A stretch of 64,000 bases of DNA from a virus (IMGVR_UViG_3300043410_001708:42270-106269), one strand, 5' to 3'; numbered from the stretch's first letter, positions 1 through 8,556 are shown. The notes: generated from the letters alone by a model not told the origin. Numbers and translations: made by a program.

Positions 1-1477
1 CTTTCTCATTTTCATATTCCTGTTGTGCTTGCAACATCATCTTTTTGAATTTCTTGCGGTCATCATACATTTCAACCATCATCTTAGGTAAGAAACCTTG
101 AATGTCTGTACGGAAGAATTGACCGTTGGGTGTAATTGTGGCACCTTCTAAACTTGAAATGTCAATTTGTCTTTTCAAGAGTTTATCAACAGTAACACCT
201 TGTGAAAGAATGTCACGCATTTCTTGTGTATAGTTTTCTGGTTCAATCAACGTTTCTGGTGAAATATTATATTGCATCATCAAGTGAGGATACAAACTGT
301 TCAAGTCAAACGATGCAACCCAATGATGTAGGCCAACCTGTGGTTCTTTAACGTATGCACCTTCAAACGCAGCATCTTTGTCTTGCACTTCTTTTGGTGG
401 AACAATAATGTCTTTACCGAGTAAATAGGAATATGTCAGAGAATCCCACATACGTGTCTGTGCAAATACATCTTCATAGTTACACTTGGTGTCATATGCA
501 AGAGTCAAAGCCAATTCAATCAACTTTAACTTATCTTCAAGTTTGATAATCAACGCAACGTCTTTAATGTTATATTCAATAAAGAGTTGGTAATTCAATT
601 TGTAAAGTTGGTGTAAGTTTTCATATTCATCGTATGAAATCTTACCTTCACCGAGTTCTACTTGTGCAATATTATCCAAACGATAAGATTCTTGTGACTT
701 GCCACCTGGCGCATACCATTTGTATAGTTCAATATAATCAAGTGATTCGATACCAACGAAACTATATGCAATCAACAATCGACCATTGATATTGGTTTTA
801 CGTTCACTGATATAATTCCATGGAGATAACATCTTGGCTTTATCTTCACCAAGAATCTTACGAAAACGATTGACAAGATATGGTATATCAAAGAACTTGG
901 TATTCCAACCAGTGATAACATCTGGATACATTCTTGACCATAATTCAATAAACTTACTGCAAAGACTGTATTCATCTTTACACTTAATATATGTTACTGT
1001 ATTCGGATTGTCATTACGAAAATCACCACAACCAAACACATAGGTGTGACCATTTAAAAATGTTAATGCGATAGCAGTGATTGGTTCATCGGCTTTGTAA
1101 GGATCAGGGAAACCATTTTCTGAACCAACCTCAATGTCAATAATTGCAATGCTGATTTTATCTTGTTCCCAATCAACCATTTCTGGATGTTGTTCAGCGA
1201 TAAATGCATATTCGAATCTAGTGTTTCCATAGATTTTTGGTGCACCAGGAAGACCATCATATTGTTTTACGAATTCTCTGGCTTCACGGATACCATCAAA
1301 TCGTTTTGGAATAAGGTCTAAACCATCAAGTGATTTATGTGTACCTTTCCCGTTACGGGCTGGCAGATATAGTTGTGGTTCATAATCAATCTTTAGTTTG
1401 ATTCGTTTACCGTCTTTGACACCACGGTAAAGAATTCTGCCACCTAGAGATTGTACATTTGTGTAAAAAGTTGACAT
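1..1477 (-). CDS. gp43: Family B DNA polymerase, T4 gp43-like (5' part; runs off window edge)
   Basis: Manual translation from ATG at 1477 gives MSTFYTNVQSLGGRILYRG..., exonuclease motif DIE, and polymerase motif ASFDLNSLYPHLMMQYNISPET. Absent from the ORF track because it is truncated. Confidence 0.95.
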   Translation of the reverse strand, partial: MSTFYTNVQSLGGRILYRGVKDGKRIKLKIDYEPQLYLPARNGKGTHKSLDGLDLIPKRFDGIREAREFVKQYDGLPGAPKIYGNTRFEYAFIAEQHPEMVDWEQDKISIAIIDIEVGSENGFPDPYKADEPITAIALTFLNGHTYVFGCGDFRNDNPNTVTYIKCKDEYSLCSKFIELWSRMYPDVITGWNTKFFDIPYLVNRFRKILGEDKAKMLSPWNYISERKTNINGRLLIAYSFVGIESLDYIELYKWYAPGGKSQESYRLDNIAQVELGEGKISYDEYENLHQLYKLNYQLFIEYNIKDVALIIKLEDKLKLIELALTLAYDTKCNYEDVFAQTRMWDSLTYSYLLGKDIIVPPKEVQDKDAAFEGAYVKEPQVGLHHWVASFDLNSLYPHLMMQYNISPETLIEPENYTQEMRDILSQGVTVDKLLKRQIDISSLEGATITPNGQFFRTDIQGFLPKMMVEMYDDRKKFKKMMLQAQQEYENEK

Positions 1478-1788
1478 TAACCTGTAATAATTTGTTGTTG
1501 ACCTGGAAGAATAATACCTACACCAAAAATTTGATTATAGTTATTGACAAAATCTTCTGCTGGAACATAGTAGTATACAATATGTTCAAGTTTCAAGGCA
1601 ATAGTAGAATCCTTTTTTTGTTCTGCATGAATTGGAAAAGGTGCAAAACCTACGTTTGGTTGGCCATCTTTACCACGAACAATTGCAATACCCAATGGGT
1701 TTTTAATTACCATTTCGTTGAAGTTTTCCGTTTCAATTTCACCAATGAGTTCTTCACCGGTTATCAATTTCATTGCATAAATTTTCAT
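1477..1788 (-). CDS. Conserved T4-like hypothetical protein (Sm-like fold candidate)
   Basis: KLITGEELIG N-terminus typical of small Sm-like proteins of T4-like phages; coupled to gp43 start. Confidence 0.6.
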   Translation of the reverse strand: MKIYAMKLITGEELIGEIETENFNEMVIKNPLGIAIVRGKDGQPNVGFAPFPIHAEQKKDSTIALKLEHIVYYYVPAEDFVNNYNQIFGVGIILPGQQQIITG

Positions 1789-1830
1789 AATAGTCGCATC
1801 CTAAATAAATATAGTTGATTTGGATCAAAC

Positions 1831-1859
1831 ATTATATCATTTTTTTAATATGTTGTCAA
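1831..1859 (-). promoter_or_regulatory. Sigma70 promoter for the Sm-like/gp43 unit
   Basis: TTGACA-17 nt-TATAAT on minus strand. Confidence 0.85.
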
Positions 1860-1878
1860 TAGATAAAAATGGTACAAA

Positions 1879-2709
1879 ATGGATCCGTTCACACTTTTTG
1901 CCTTGGCCAACGGTGCAGTTGCCGCTGTGAAAAAAGGTTGTCAGTTATACAAAGATATTAAAGGTGCCGCTGGGGATGTTAAAGCAGTCCTCAAGGATTT
2001 GGACGACCAGTTCCACAAAAAGTATGAAGGTAAACCTGTGCCGCCTGCTGCTGCAAAGCAGTTACAGGAAGAAAAGGCTCGCATTAAAGAATTAAACAAG
2101 CGTAGTGAAGAAAGCACTAATATTTATACAGAGATAGGTGATTATCTTGGTCAATACTATGACAATTATTATAAGTGTTTAGCGGTACTTGAACAAGAAG
2201 AAAAACGTAGTGCAACAGAAGTATATACCGGCGGTGATAGTTTAGCCAAGCGTGCATTACAACGTGTTCTTATGCGTAAACAACTAGAAGCCATGGGCAA
2301 AGAATTACGTGAATTGATGATATATCAATCACCACCCGAACTTGGTGCATTATATACTGATGTTGAACTTATGACCAAAGAGTTGGGTGCTCAACAAAAG
2401 ATTCTTATTGCTAAACAGATGGAAGAACAAGCCAAAAAAGCAAAACTAAGAGCACAAAAAATTGAACATTATAAGATGGAGTTTGGTATGATTGTTGCGT
2501 TTCTTATTTTGTTTATTTTCATGGGTTTATTTTGGACTTGGTTGTATTATGATTCGAAGGAAAGACATCCACAAATATGGAATGGAACTTATCAAGCTGA
2601 ATTGGAAAAACAAAAAAGATATCAGGCTCAAAAAATTATGGATGCAATCAAATACCTGGACGAACAAAATTACGAAAATAATAAGAGGTTAATAACAAAT
2701 CAAGAATGA
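1879..2709 (+). CDS. Hypothetical coiled-coil protein with one transmembrane segment
   Basis: 276 aa ORF; hydrophobic FGMIVAFLILFIFMGLFWTWLYY; first gene of a plus-strand operon. Confidence 0.75.
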   Translation: MDPFTLFALANGAVAAVKKGCQLYKDIKGAAGDVKAVLKDLDDQFHKKYEGKPVPPAAAKQLQEEKARIKELNKRSEESTNIYTEIGDYLGQYYDNYYKCLAVLEQEEKRSATEVYTGGDSLAKRALQRVLMRKQLEAMGKELRELMIYQSPPELGALYTDVELMTKELGAQQKILIAKQMEEQAKKAKLRAQKIEHYKMEFGMIVAFLILFIFMGLFWTWLYYDSKERHPQIWNGTYQAELEKQKRYQAQKIMDAIKYLDEQNYENNKRLITNQE

Positions 2710-2846
2710 AAAGAAATAGATACACATTTTTAGAATGGGTATTTGATGATTTAGGCCTTGCTAAATTTTTATTATTTTTTTATCTTTTTTTATTGTTATT
2801 GGCAACTGGTATATTGTCACTGGTTTGGTGGTACACTAAAAGATGA
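2706..2846 (+). CDS. Small membrane peptide (46 aa), not in ORF track
   Basis: MKRNRYTFLEWVFDDLGLAKFLLFFYLFLLLLATGILSLVWWYTKR; ATGA overlaps with both flanking genes. Confidence 0.7.
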   Translation: MKRNRYTFLEWVFDDLGLAKFLLFFYLFLLLLATGILSLVWWYTKR

Positions 2847-3124
2847 AAACCAGTTATCAAGCAGCACTCATAGTTGCTGGACTTATTCTTATGCCGGTGC
2901 TTATAGTCTTACTGGCAAATTATATAAACATAATTGTTATAATTATTACCTTTTCTTTAAGTTTTAGTTTGGTTGCATATTATTTGTATGTTGACATTAA
3001 AGAAGAATTGGATTGGACTCGTAGTGAAGATGAACGATTAACTTATGGATTTAAAGATAATCCTTACAAAATGAGGATGTATAAATTCTATAAAAATTAC
3101 TTCAACACACGCCATGAAAAATAA
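2843..3124 (+). CDS. Hypothetical membrane protein (two TM segments)
   Basis: Two hydrophobic helices then a charged tail; overlapping start/stop with neighbours. Confidence 0.65.
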   Translation: MKTSYQAALIVAGLILMPVLIVLLANYINIIVIIITFSLSFSLVAYYLYVDIKEELDWTRSEDERLTYGFKDNPYKMRMYKFYKNYFNTRHEK

Positions 3125-3392
3125 ACTATTGTTTACAGTTGTTACAACTGCGGCAACACTCGTTGTTACACATCCAACTATCAATATAAATTTGATGCCG
3201 GATGCTGTCATATATACAAAAAGCACTTTTGAAAGTTCTGATTATTGTAAATTGGAAAAAACTTTTACTGATCCAAGAGGATTACAAGTGTGTGAATATA
3301 AATGTCCATCAACAAGAGGTGGAAACAAAGTTATACATACGACTTCCATAAACAATGCTAGAGCATGTAAATCTAAGGTGGAGGCACCGTAA
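3114..3392 (+). CDS. Hypothetical exported Cys-containing protein
   Basis: Signal-like N-terminus and four Cys. Confidence 0.6.
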   Translation: MKNKLLFTVVTTAATLVVTHPTININLMPDAVIYTKSTFESSDYCKLEKTFTDPRGLQVCEYKCPSTRGGNKVIHTTSINNARACKSKVEAP

Positions 3393-3417
3393 TGTTTAAT
3401 CCCTACGGAGTATTCGA

Positions 3418-4191
3418 TTGTTACATAGAATTTTTATTATACTGTTATTTTTTACCCTACTTCTTGGCCAACAAACAGTCAAAGCAGAATTCTTTACCGC
3501 CAAATCCTGGCTTGTGTCGGATTTAAATGGCACTATAATAGATGGTGAAGATTATGATAAGGTTAGACCAATTGCTAGCATAACAAAATTGTTAACAGTT
3601 ATGGTTGTGATGGACACAAAACCTGACATGAATCAAATGTTGATGTTGACCACAAAAATACAAGATAAATTGCCAGCAAAAAATCAAAGTGTCAGTAGAG
3701 GAAATTTAGTACTGATGGCTATAGTACACAGTAGTAACAGAGCCGCATATACTCTGTGTGAGAATTATCCTGGTGGTATGCCCGCTTGTATTAAAGCAAT
3801 GAATGACAAGTTGAAAAAATTAAAAATGGAAAATTCCATTGTTTATGAACCAACAGGTTTAGATAAAAGAAACGTTAGCACTGCAAGAGAACTCATAACA
3901 TTAACAAAGGCAGCGGCTGAATATGAATCCATAGTTTATGCTAGCCGTAAGTCTGAAATAAAAATACAAGTAAAAAAGAAATGGTTTGTTTTTCGTAATA
4001 CAAACCCTATGATTGGTCATTACCAAAATATCGTAGTAAGTAAAACTGGATTTATAAATGAATCGGGTGGATGTATCACGTTGTTACTTGATACAAGTGT
4101 TGGTGATAGAATAGTTGTGGTTCTTGGCAGTAAGAACACTAAGACTAGAATTCCTGAAGCGGAATTTATATATGAGGTGTATAAAGATTAG
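3418..4191 (+). CDS. D-Ala-D-Ala carboxy/endopeptidase, peptidase S11 (PBP5/PBP7-like)
   Basis: Signal peptide plus the three PBP motifs SxxK (ASITKL), SxN (SSN) and KTG. Confidence 0.9.
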   Translation: MLHRIFIILLFFTLLLGQQTVKAEFFTAKSWLVSDLNGTIIDGEDYDKVRPIASITKLLTVMVVMDTKPDMNQMLMLTTKIQDKLPAKNQSVSRGNLVLMAIVHSSNRAAYTLCENYPGGMPACIKAMNDKLKKLKMENSIVYEPTGLDKRNVSTARELITLTKAAAEYESIVYASRKSEIKIQVKKKWFVFRNTNPMIGHYQNIVVSKTGFINESGGCITLLLDTSVGDRIVVVLGSKNTKTRIPEAEFIYEVYKD

Positions 4192-4264
4192 TGGTTGCGG
4201 GTCACGGAGTTGCACCGGAACTGAGGATTATGAGCCCACTGTGATACTATTTCACCAACCCGCT
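4192..4264 (-). tRNA. tRNA-Met(CAT), initiator-like
   Basis: Cloverleaf, loop CTCATAA, 1:72 mismatch, GGG in anticodon stem, encoded CCA; atypical T loop TGCAACT. Confidence 0.75.
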
Positions 4265-4451
4265 ATATTTCTTGTTTTTTCTGACGTTGAAGATTTTGTT
4301 CTAAAATTCTGTCAAATTCTTCTTGTTCAGCTTTAGCATCTTCTATTTCTTTTGGTGATGGTTTTCTAAAAATCTTGTCGTAGTTATTAGCAAATGTTTC
4401 CTGTGAAACACTAAATGGTCTTGGACTAGAACCTTTACCACCATCAGACAT
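4263..4451 (-). CDS. Small hypothetical protein (GGKGSxPRP N-terminus)
   Basis: 62 aa ORF directly after groES. Confidence 0.65.
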   Translation of the reverse strand: MSDGGKGSSPRPFSVSQETFANNYDKIFRKPSPKEIEDAKAEQEEFDRILEQNLQRQKKQEI

Positions 4452-4453
4452 AT

Positions 4454-4699
4454 TTATTCTCCGTAGATATAAGCAATATCTTCAATCTTCACTACAAAAT
4501 AATCTTGCACTGTTACAGCTTTACCCCAATCTGGTTGCACCACATCACCAATCTGTAACTCAGTAACATCTGGTCCAACTGCAAGTACTTTTGCTCTATC
4601 AGGTTCTTCGGAGTGTCTTAGGATGATTCCTGAAGCGGTCTGTTTAACATTCTCAAGCCGTTCAATCAATACTTTATCGTGCAAGGGTTTAATATTCAT
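4454..4699 (-). CDS. groES: Co-chaperonin GroES/Cpn10
   Basis: MNIKPLHDKVLIE...TASGIIL...VLAVGP; start moved to ATG 4699 behind GAGGA. Confidence 0.9.
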   Translation of the reverse strand: MNIKPLHDKVLIERLENVKQTASGIILRHSEEPDRAKVLAVGPDVTELQIGDVVQPDWGKAVTVQDYFVVKIEDIAYIYGE

Positions 4700-4712
4700 A
4701 ATGTCCTCAAAA

Positions 4713-4779
4713 TGGAGCGGTCTTCTGCTTTGCTCAGATAACACAAGGGGGTGCCTTGTATCGTACTATTACAAACCGC
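4713..4779 (-). ncRNA. Degenerate tRNA-Gly-like RNA
   Basis: Acceptor GCGGTTT/AGACCGC-T-CCA intact; reduced D arm, non-canonical anticodon and T loops. Confidence 0.55.
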
Positions 4780-4785
4780 ATTAAA

Positions 4786-4859
4786 TGGAGCGGGATATCA
4801 GAATCGAACTGATGACGAAAGATTGGAAATCTCTAGTTTTGCCATTAAACTAATCCCGC
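4786..4859 (-). tRNA. tRNA-Gly(TCC)
   Basis: Anticodon arm AGAGA-TTTCCAA-TCTTT, TTCGATT T loop, CCA. Confidence 0.92.
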
Positions 4860-4935
4860 ATATAACTATATATGCATCATTTTAAAACACACATAATGCA
4901 TTTTAAAATGAGGACTCTTGCGAGTCCCCATACCA

Positions 4936-6363
4936 TCACAATACTTTGTAACGGTCATCCATGATGGTTTTAAGCATCACAGATTCTGGTGTAAAGGTTT
5001 CTAAGTCACCCGCCAACAGTGGTTTTACGACTGCTGGTGAGAAACCAGATACCAATGCAGTACCAGAAGTGTCGAACTTTACTGGAGCGTTGCCGTATGC
5101 GGCATTCAAGTTCCAGAATACAACCTTTGGCAAAGTGTATCCTGCTTCTTTGTACTTACGTGCAATCATCTGCATAGCAGAGTCATCATGTCTAACGCAA
5201 GCGTTAAATTGCATGTCTGACAGAATCAATACCATCGCTGGCATTTCTTCTTGTGGCACGCCACCTTTTACTGCTACATCAAGGATTTTTGCAAATGCCT
5301 TGTGTAGGTCGGTAGACATACCCCAATCAGATTTAACCATTTGGTCAATCTTTTGATTGATGTTACCTTTCAAGTGCAACAATTCTGGATTGGTAGAGAA
5401 AGTTAGGAAGGTGTCCTTGAACTTGCCTTCATTCTTATCTGCCAAGTATAGTCCCAAAGAGACTGCTACTTCCAAACAGGTTAGACCTGATTTGGAACCA
5501 TAACCACCTGCAGCGCAGGTCATTGAACCAGAAACATCCACCAAAGGTAGAATGTTTGCATCGCCAACAAAGTTAGGCAAAGCCTCCCATTGTTTTTGCA
5601 CCAAGTCCAATTCGGTCTTGTCGAATTTCATGTAACCACCGATACGGCCTTTCAGCACATCGTATGGGAACACAGCACCTGCATTAACCTTAACTTCTGG
5701 ATTATCACCCTTAACCAACGAAGCAACATATGCTGCATAAGTTGGAGTGTTACGGTTAAAAGCCTTCTTGTAACGGGATGCCGCTACGGAAGGTACGTGT
5801 GAGAAATTGATGGAATCCCAGTCTTTCGCACACATTTGAGTTTCAACCACTTTGGTCATTTCAACCAAAGACTTACGGTAAAACTTTGGGGACATACCAA
5901 AGAACTGACGGATTTCAGCCGCTAGTTTACCTTGGCGAGGAGTCCACTTTGCAGCCAATCCATTCTTCGCACGAAGCGCATCACCCAACATAGTGAATGC
6001 TGCTGACTTCATAACATCAGAATCGAATACAAAAATGTCGTCCCAACGGCCCAATTCAGGAACCTTTGTCAACAATGCTTTTGCGGCTTCTACGTCATTC
6101 TTTTCCAAATAACGCAAGATAGTACGGAACGATTCACGTTCACCGGCACCACCACGAGCATCACGTAACCAAGCAGCAACACGCAAAGCGAGTTCACGGT
6201 TTTCTGCCATTGCAGCTGCGAAAGCAGGCACAATGTTTTTGCCACGGGAAGCACCTGCATTGTAGAACAAATCTACAACTGCATTAGCAGTGGACTTACG
6301 AGCCTTCATACCGTTTGCGGTACGGGCATCTTGATTAACAACGGCATCTACAAAAGTTGACAT
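4936..6363 (-). CDS. Ro60/TROVE-like helical domain + vWA protein (DUF2828-type)
   Basis: N-terminal DLF, RDARGGAGER, GRWDD, AKWTPR motifs; C-terminal vWA MIDAS DVSGSM...STD...ILSDMQF...FWNL. Confidence 0.8.
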   Translation of the reverse strand: MSTFVDAVVNQDARTANGMKARKSTANAVVDLFYNAGASRGKNIVPAFAAAMAENRELALRVAAWLRDARGGAGERESFRTILRYLEKNDVEAAKALLTKVPELGRWDDIFVFDSDVMKSAAFTMLGDALRAKNGLAAKWTPRQGKLAAEIRQFFGMSPKFYRKSLVEMTKVVETQMCAKDWDSINFSHVPSVAASRYKKAFNRNTPTYAAYVASLVKGDNPEVKVNAGAVFPYDVLKGRIGGYMKFDKTELDLVQKQWEALPNFVGDANILPLVDVSGSMTCAAGGYGSKSGLTCLEVAVSLGLYLADKNEGKFKDTFLTFSTNPELLHLKGNINQKIDQMVKSDWGMSTDLHKAFAKILDVAVKGGVPQEEMPAMVLILSDMQFNACVRHDDSAMQMIARKYKEAGYTLPKVVFWNLNAAYGNAPVKFDTSGTALVSGFSPAVVKPLLAGDLETFTPESVMLKTIMDDRYKVL

Positions 6364-6384
6364 AACTTACTCCTCATAAAAAAA

Positions 6385-6504
6385 CAACAGAATACATTTT
6401 TTAGCGCACTACCAATTGTGCTATTCACGCCGAAGCGTAAAACAGGATTCGAACCTGTAACCTCTCCGTTATAAGCGGAAAAATTGTTTGCTGTGAGTAT
6501 TCTA
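6385..6504 (-). ncRNA. Y-RNA-like element E1 carrying a circularly permuted tRNA-Ile(UAU)
   Basis: Terminal stem AGAATAC/GTATTCT, ACAGCAA motif; inside, in order: anticodon arm, T arm, acceptor closed by UUCG, D arm. Confidence 0.8.
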
Positions 6505-6508
6505 AAAA

Positions 6509-6664
6509 CAACAGGTTAGCTTTCTACTTTTTGTTTACAGTGAGAAATCGAAACTCACCTTCGTTAGGACCATTTCAATAAACACCTTCAAAGGTCGAAA
6601 CCTCCAGTGTTTACCATAGTTACCTAACAGTTCAGTATTATTGAATAATGCTGTAACTAACCTA
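6509..6664 (-). ncRNA. Y-RNA-like element E2
   Basis: Terminal stem AGGTTAG/CTAACCT, ACAGCA motif, TGTTG tail; multi-hairpin interior with T-arm-like GTGAG-TTTCGATTT-CTCAC. Confidence 0.7.
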
Positions 6665-6692
6665 AAACCTTTTCAATCTTTCAATACTGTGT

Positions 6693-6744
6693 ATTGTAAC
6701 ACAAAAATTTGTTGTAGTCAAGCAGTATGTTGTAAACATACCAC
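6693..6744 (-). promoter_or_regulatory. Sigma70 promoter with upstream palindromic site, driving E2-E1-Ro-like gene
   Basis: TTGACT-17-TACAAT; GTTGT-N6-ACCAC at 6729-6744, 7 bp from the -35. Confidence 0.75.
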
Positions 6745-6750
6745 AATATT

Positions 6751-6824
6751 TGGTGCCCCATGACAGAATCGAACTGCCGTACCCGGATTACAAAACCGGT
6801 GTAATACCATTATACTAATAGGGC
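6751..6824 (-). tRNA. tRNA-Thr(TGT)
   Basis: Anticodon loop TTTGTAA, cloverleaf, CCA. Confidence 0.92.
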
Positions 6825-6832
6825 AAAAAACT

Positions 6833-6907
6833 TGGAGCGGGTAGTGGGAATCGAACCCACAACTAAACCTTGGCAAGGTCTTGTGTTACCACTAGCACCA
6901 TACCCGC
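6833..6907 (-). tRNA. tRNA-Gly(GCC)
   Basis: AGACC-TTGCCAA-GGTTT, CCA. Confidence 0.93.
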
Positions 6908-6916
6908 ATCATGTGT

Positions 6917-6945
6917 ATTATATATGCTTTACAAACAATTGTCAA
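6917..6945 (-). promoter_or_regulatory. Sigma70 promoter for tRNA-Gly(GCC)/Thr(TGT)
   Basis: TTGACA-17-TATAAT. Confidence 0.85.
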
Positions 6946-6965
6946 GCACATTTTTAAAAAATATT

Positions 6966-7049
6966 TGGTACGAGTAACCGGAGTCGAACCGGTACGCACA
7001 AGGCGGCAGATTTTAAGTCTGCTGGGTCTACCAATTCCCCCATACTCGC
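6966..7049 (-). tRNA. tRNA-Leu(TAA)
   Basis: GCAGA-CTTAAAA-TCTGC, long variable arm, CCA. Confidence 0.93.
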
Positions 7050-7050
7050 A

Positions 7051-7635
7051 TCACATGGCAGGTCCGTTTCCATTACGGAAACCGACCTCACCACCTTCTT
7101 CTTTGATTCGTTTCATAACATCTTCAAAAAGAATAGGACGAAAATCTGTTTGTTCAACACAAACACAATGATAACGAACATCTGGTGTGTCCAGTTCTTG
7201 ACCTCCGTTCCATGTCATCATCACACGACCTGTATGAAGGTGACCGTGAATGTTTGTTCCGAAACGACCAAGACTGGCGGGATGAATTGGAATATGTGAA
7301 AGAATCATTCCGTTCATTACATGATACGCACGAAGTTCACGGAAGTGTATTCTATATTCATCATCACGGAAGATATCGTGGTTACCACGAATAAGAACTT
7401 TATCACCGTTAAGTCTATGCATAATGCTAAGTGCTTTACGATTGATTACAACATCACCAAGATGATATACTTTATCAGTTGGCTTTACTGTTTCGTTCCA
7501 ACGCTTAACCATTTCTTCATCCATTTCATTTGGATCGGTCCATGGTCTAATCTTTTCACCTGTTATGGAGTCGGTGAATCTACACACACCAGCGTGACCA
7601 AAGTGTGTGTCACTTACTAAAAATACTGATGGCAT
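7051..7635 (-). CDS. Calcineurin-like metallophosphoesterase
   Basis: SDTHFGH, HLGD, GNHD, HGHLH motifs; start moved to MPSVFLVSD behind AGGAG. Confidence 0.9.
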   Translation of the reverse strand: MPSVFLVSDTHFGHAGVCRFTDSITGEKIRPWTDPNEMDEEMVKRWNETVKPTDKVYHLGDVVINRKALSIMHRLNGDKVLIRGNHDIFRDDEYRIHFRELRAYHVMNGMILSHIPIHPASLGRFGTNIHGHLHTGRVMMTWNGGQELDTPDVRYHCVCVEQTDFRPILFEDVMKRIKEEGGEVGFRNGNGPAM

Positions 7636-7653
7636 AATAAACTCCTGAAAAAA

Positions 7654-7728
7654 TGGCCCGGCGTGAGGGAATCGAACCCCCATTCGCACTTTAGAAGAAT
7701 GCTGTCCTATCCATTGAACGAACGCCAG
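7654..7728 (-). tRNA. tRNA-Arg(TCT)
   Basis: Loop CTTCTAA, cloverleaf, CCA. Confidence 0.9.
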
Positions 7729-7733
7729 AAAAA

Positions 7734-8174
7734 TCATACTCGGATGTATTCGTAATTAACTGTTTCTTCATTTTCTCTAAAAACAATAGCGCCGTTCTTC
7801 AAGTGAAAACGCTTTGCCATTTCAGTTTTTGGAGATAATGTCACAAATCTTTTTATGTATGGCATATTATTTTCTATGTGTGATACTGCATCAAATATAA
7901 GTGTTCCACCAGCACCTGGTGCATAACTCCATATTGTATAAAATACCGCAATCTCTGGATCGTTTACCTTTTCAAACAATTCAGATTCTTTTGTCGGAAC
8001 ATTTGTCTGATAACTTACGCATGTGATTGCTAATACTTTACCATTTGTATCCCGAAGAACAAAAATATCTTTGTTATTACCTACTCTTTCCGTAGTTGGA
8101 ATGTTAGGCCTGACAGGATCTTCATCCAATAAATTAAAAAAACTATCTGTGATGGATTTTATAATATGTAACAT
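7734..8174 (-). CDS. Small GNAT-fold protein resembling the malonyl-CoA decarboxylase catalytic domain
   Basis: AVFYTIWS, FVTLSP and RFHLKNGA recall the MCD motifs AVFYSIS, FxTLSP and RFHLxNGA. Confidence 0.6.
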   Translation of the reverse strand: MLHIIKSITDSFFNLLDEDPVRPNIPTTERVGNNKDIFVLRDTNGKVLAITCVSYQTNVPTKESELFEKVNDPEIAVFYTIWSYAPGAGGTLIFDAVSHIENNMPYIKRFVTLSPKTEMAKRFHLKNGAIVFRENEETVNYEYIRV

Positions 8175-8190
8175 GATAACTTAAATATAA

Positions 8191-8267
8191 TGGTGCCCCA
8201 GAGGAGACTCGAACTCCTAAAATTTGGTTTCTAAGACCAACACGTATACCAATTCCGTCACCGGGGC
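8191..8267 (-). tRNA. tRNA-Leu(TAG), short variable loop
   Basis: TTGGT-CTTAGAA-ACCAA, 77 nt, A73, CCA. Confidence 0.88.
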
Positions 8268-8280
8268 AATAAATACTTAT

Positions 8281-8505
8281 ATGATACCTTACGAACAAAG
8301 ACAAACAGTAAAACCACTTTATGAGTTATTCTCAAATGAAACATATGTGCCTCATGCTTATTATTGTATTGAATCTGATTTTATCGAATCATATGTTACT
8401 GAGATAAAATCTTTTAATGATGATGAAATATATATTCAACCTGAAAAAGAGTTTGTCTTAACAACATTAAAACAAGTTGGTGCTCCTACTAAGAATCGAA
8501 CTTAG
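8281..8505 (+). CDS. Hypothetical acidic protein, antisense within the tRNA array
   Basis: ATG at 8281 preceded by late-promoter-like ATAAATA; fills the gap between two tRNAs, 3' end overlaps tRNA-Thr(GGT). Confidence 0.45.
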   Translation: MIPYEQRQTVKPLYELFSNETYVPHAYYCIESDFIESYVTEIKSFNDDEIYIQPEKEFVLTTLKQVGAPTKNRT

Positions 8506-8551
8506 GATACATCCTTACCATGGATGTGGTATGCCATTTACCTATAAGAGC
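8478..8551 (-). tRNA. tRNA-Thr(GGT)
   Basis: CATCC-ATGGTAA-GGATG, CCA. Confidence 0.9.
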
Positions 8552-8556
8552 ATGAT

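Noticed and set aside
4877-4927. Inverted repeats after the Ro-like gene as a further ncRNA
   Set aside because: An AT-only 11-bp repeat plus a short GC hairpin is adequately explained as a terminator/processing signal; it lacks the CAGCA frame.
7636-7737. N-terminal extensions on the phosphoesterase, YkuK, GroES, rubrerythrin and cytidylyltransferase ORFs
   Set aside because: Extensions overlap tRNAs or the upstream gene; internal ATGs with SD sequences fit the family N-termini.
8191-8267. tRNA with TAG anticodon as an amber suppressor
   Set aside because: Anticodon UAG reads CUA (Leu); a suppressor would need CUA. Likewise, the TGA anticodon at 11827-11916 is Ser, not Sec. ORFs translate cleanly in the standard code.
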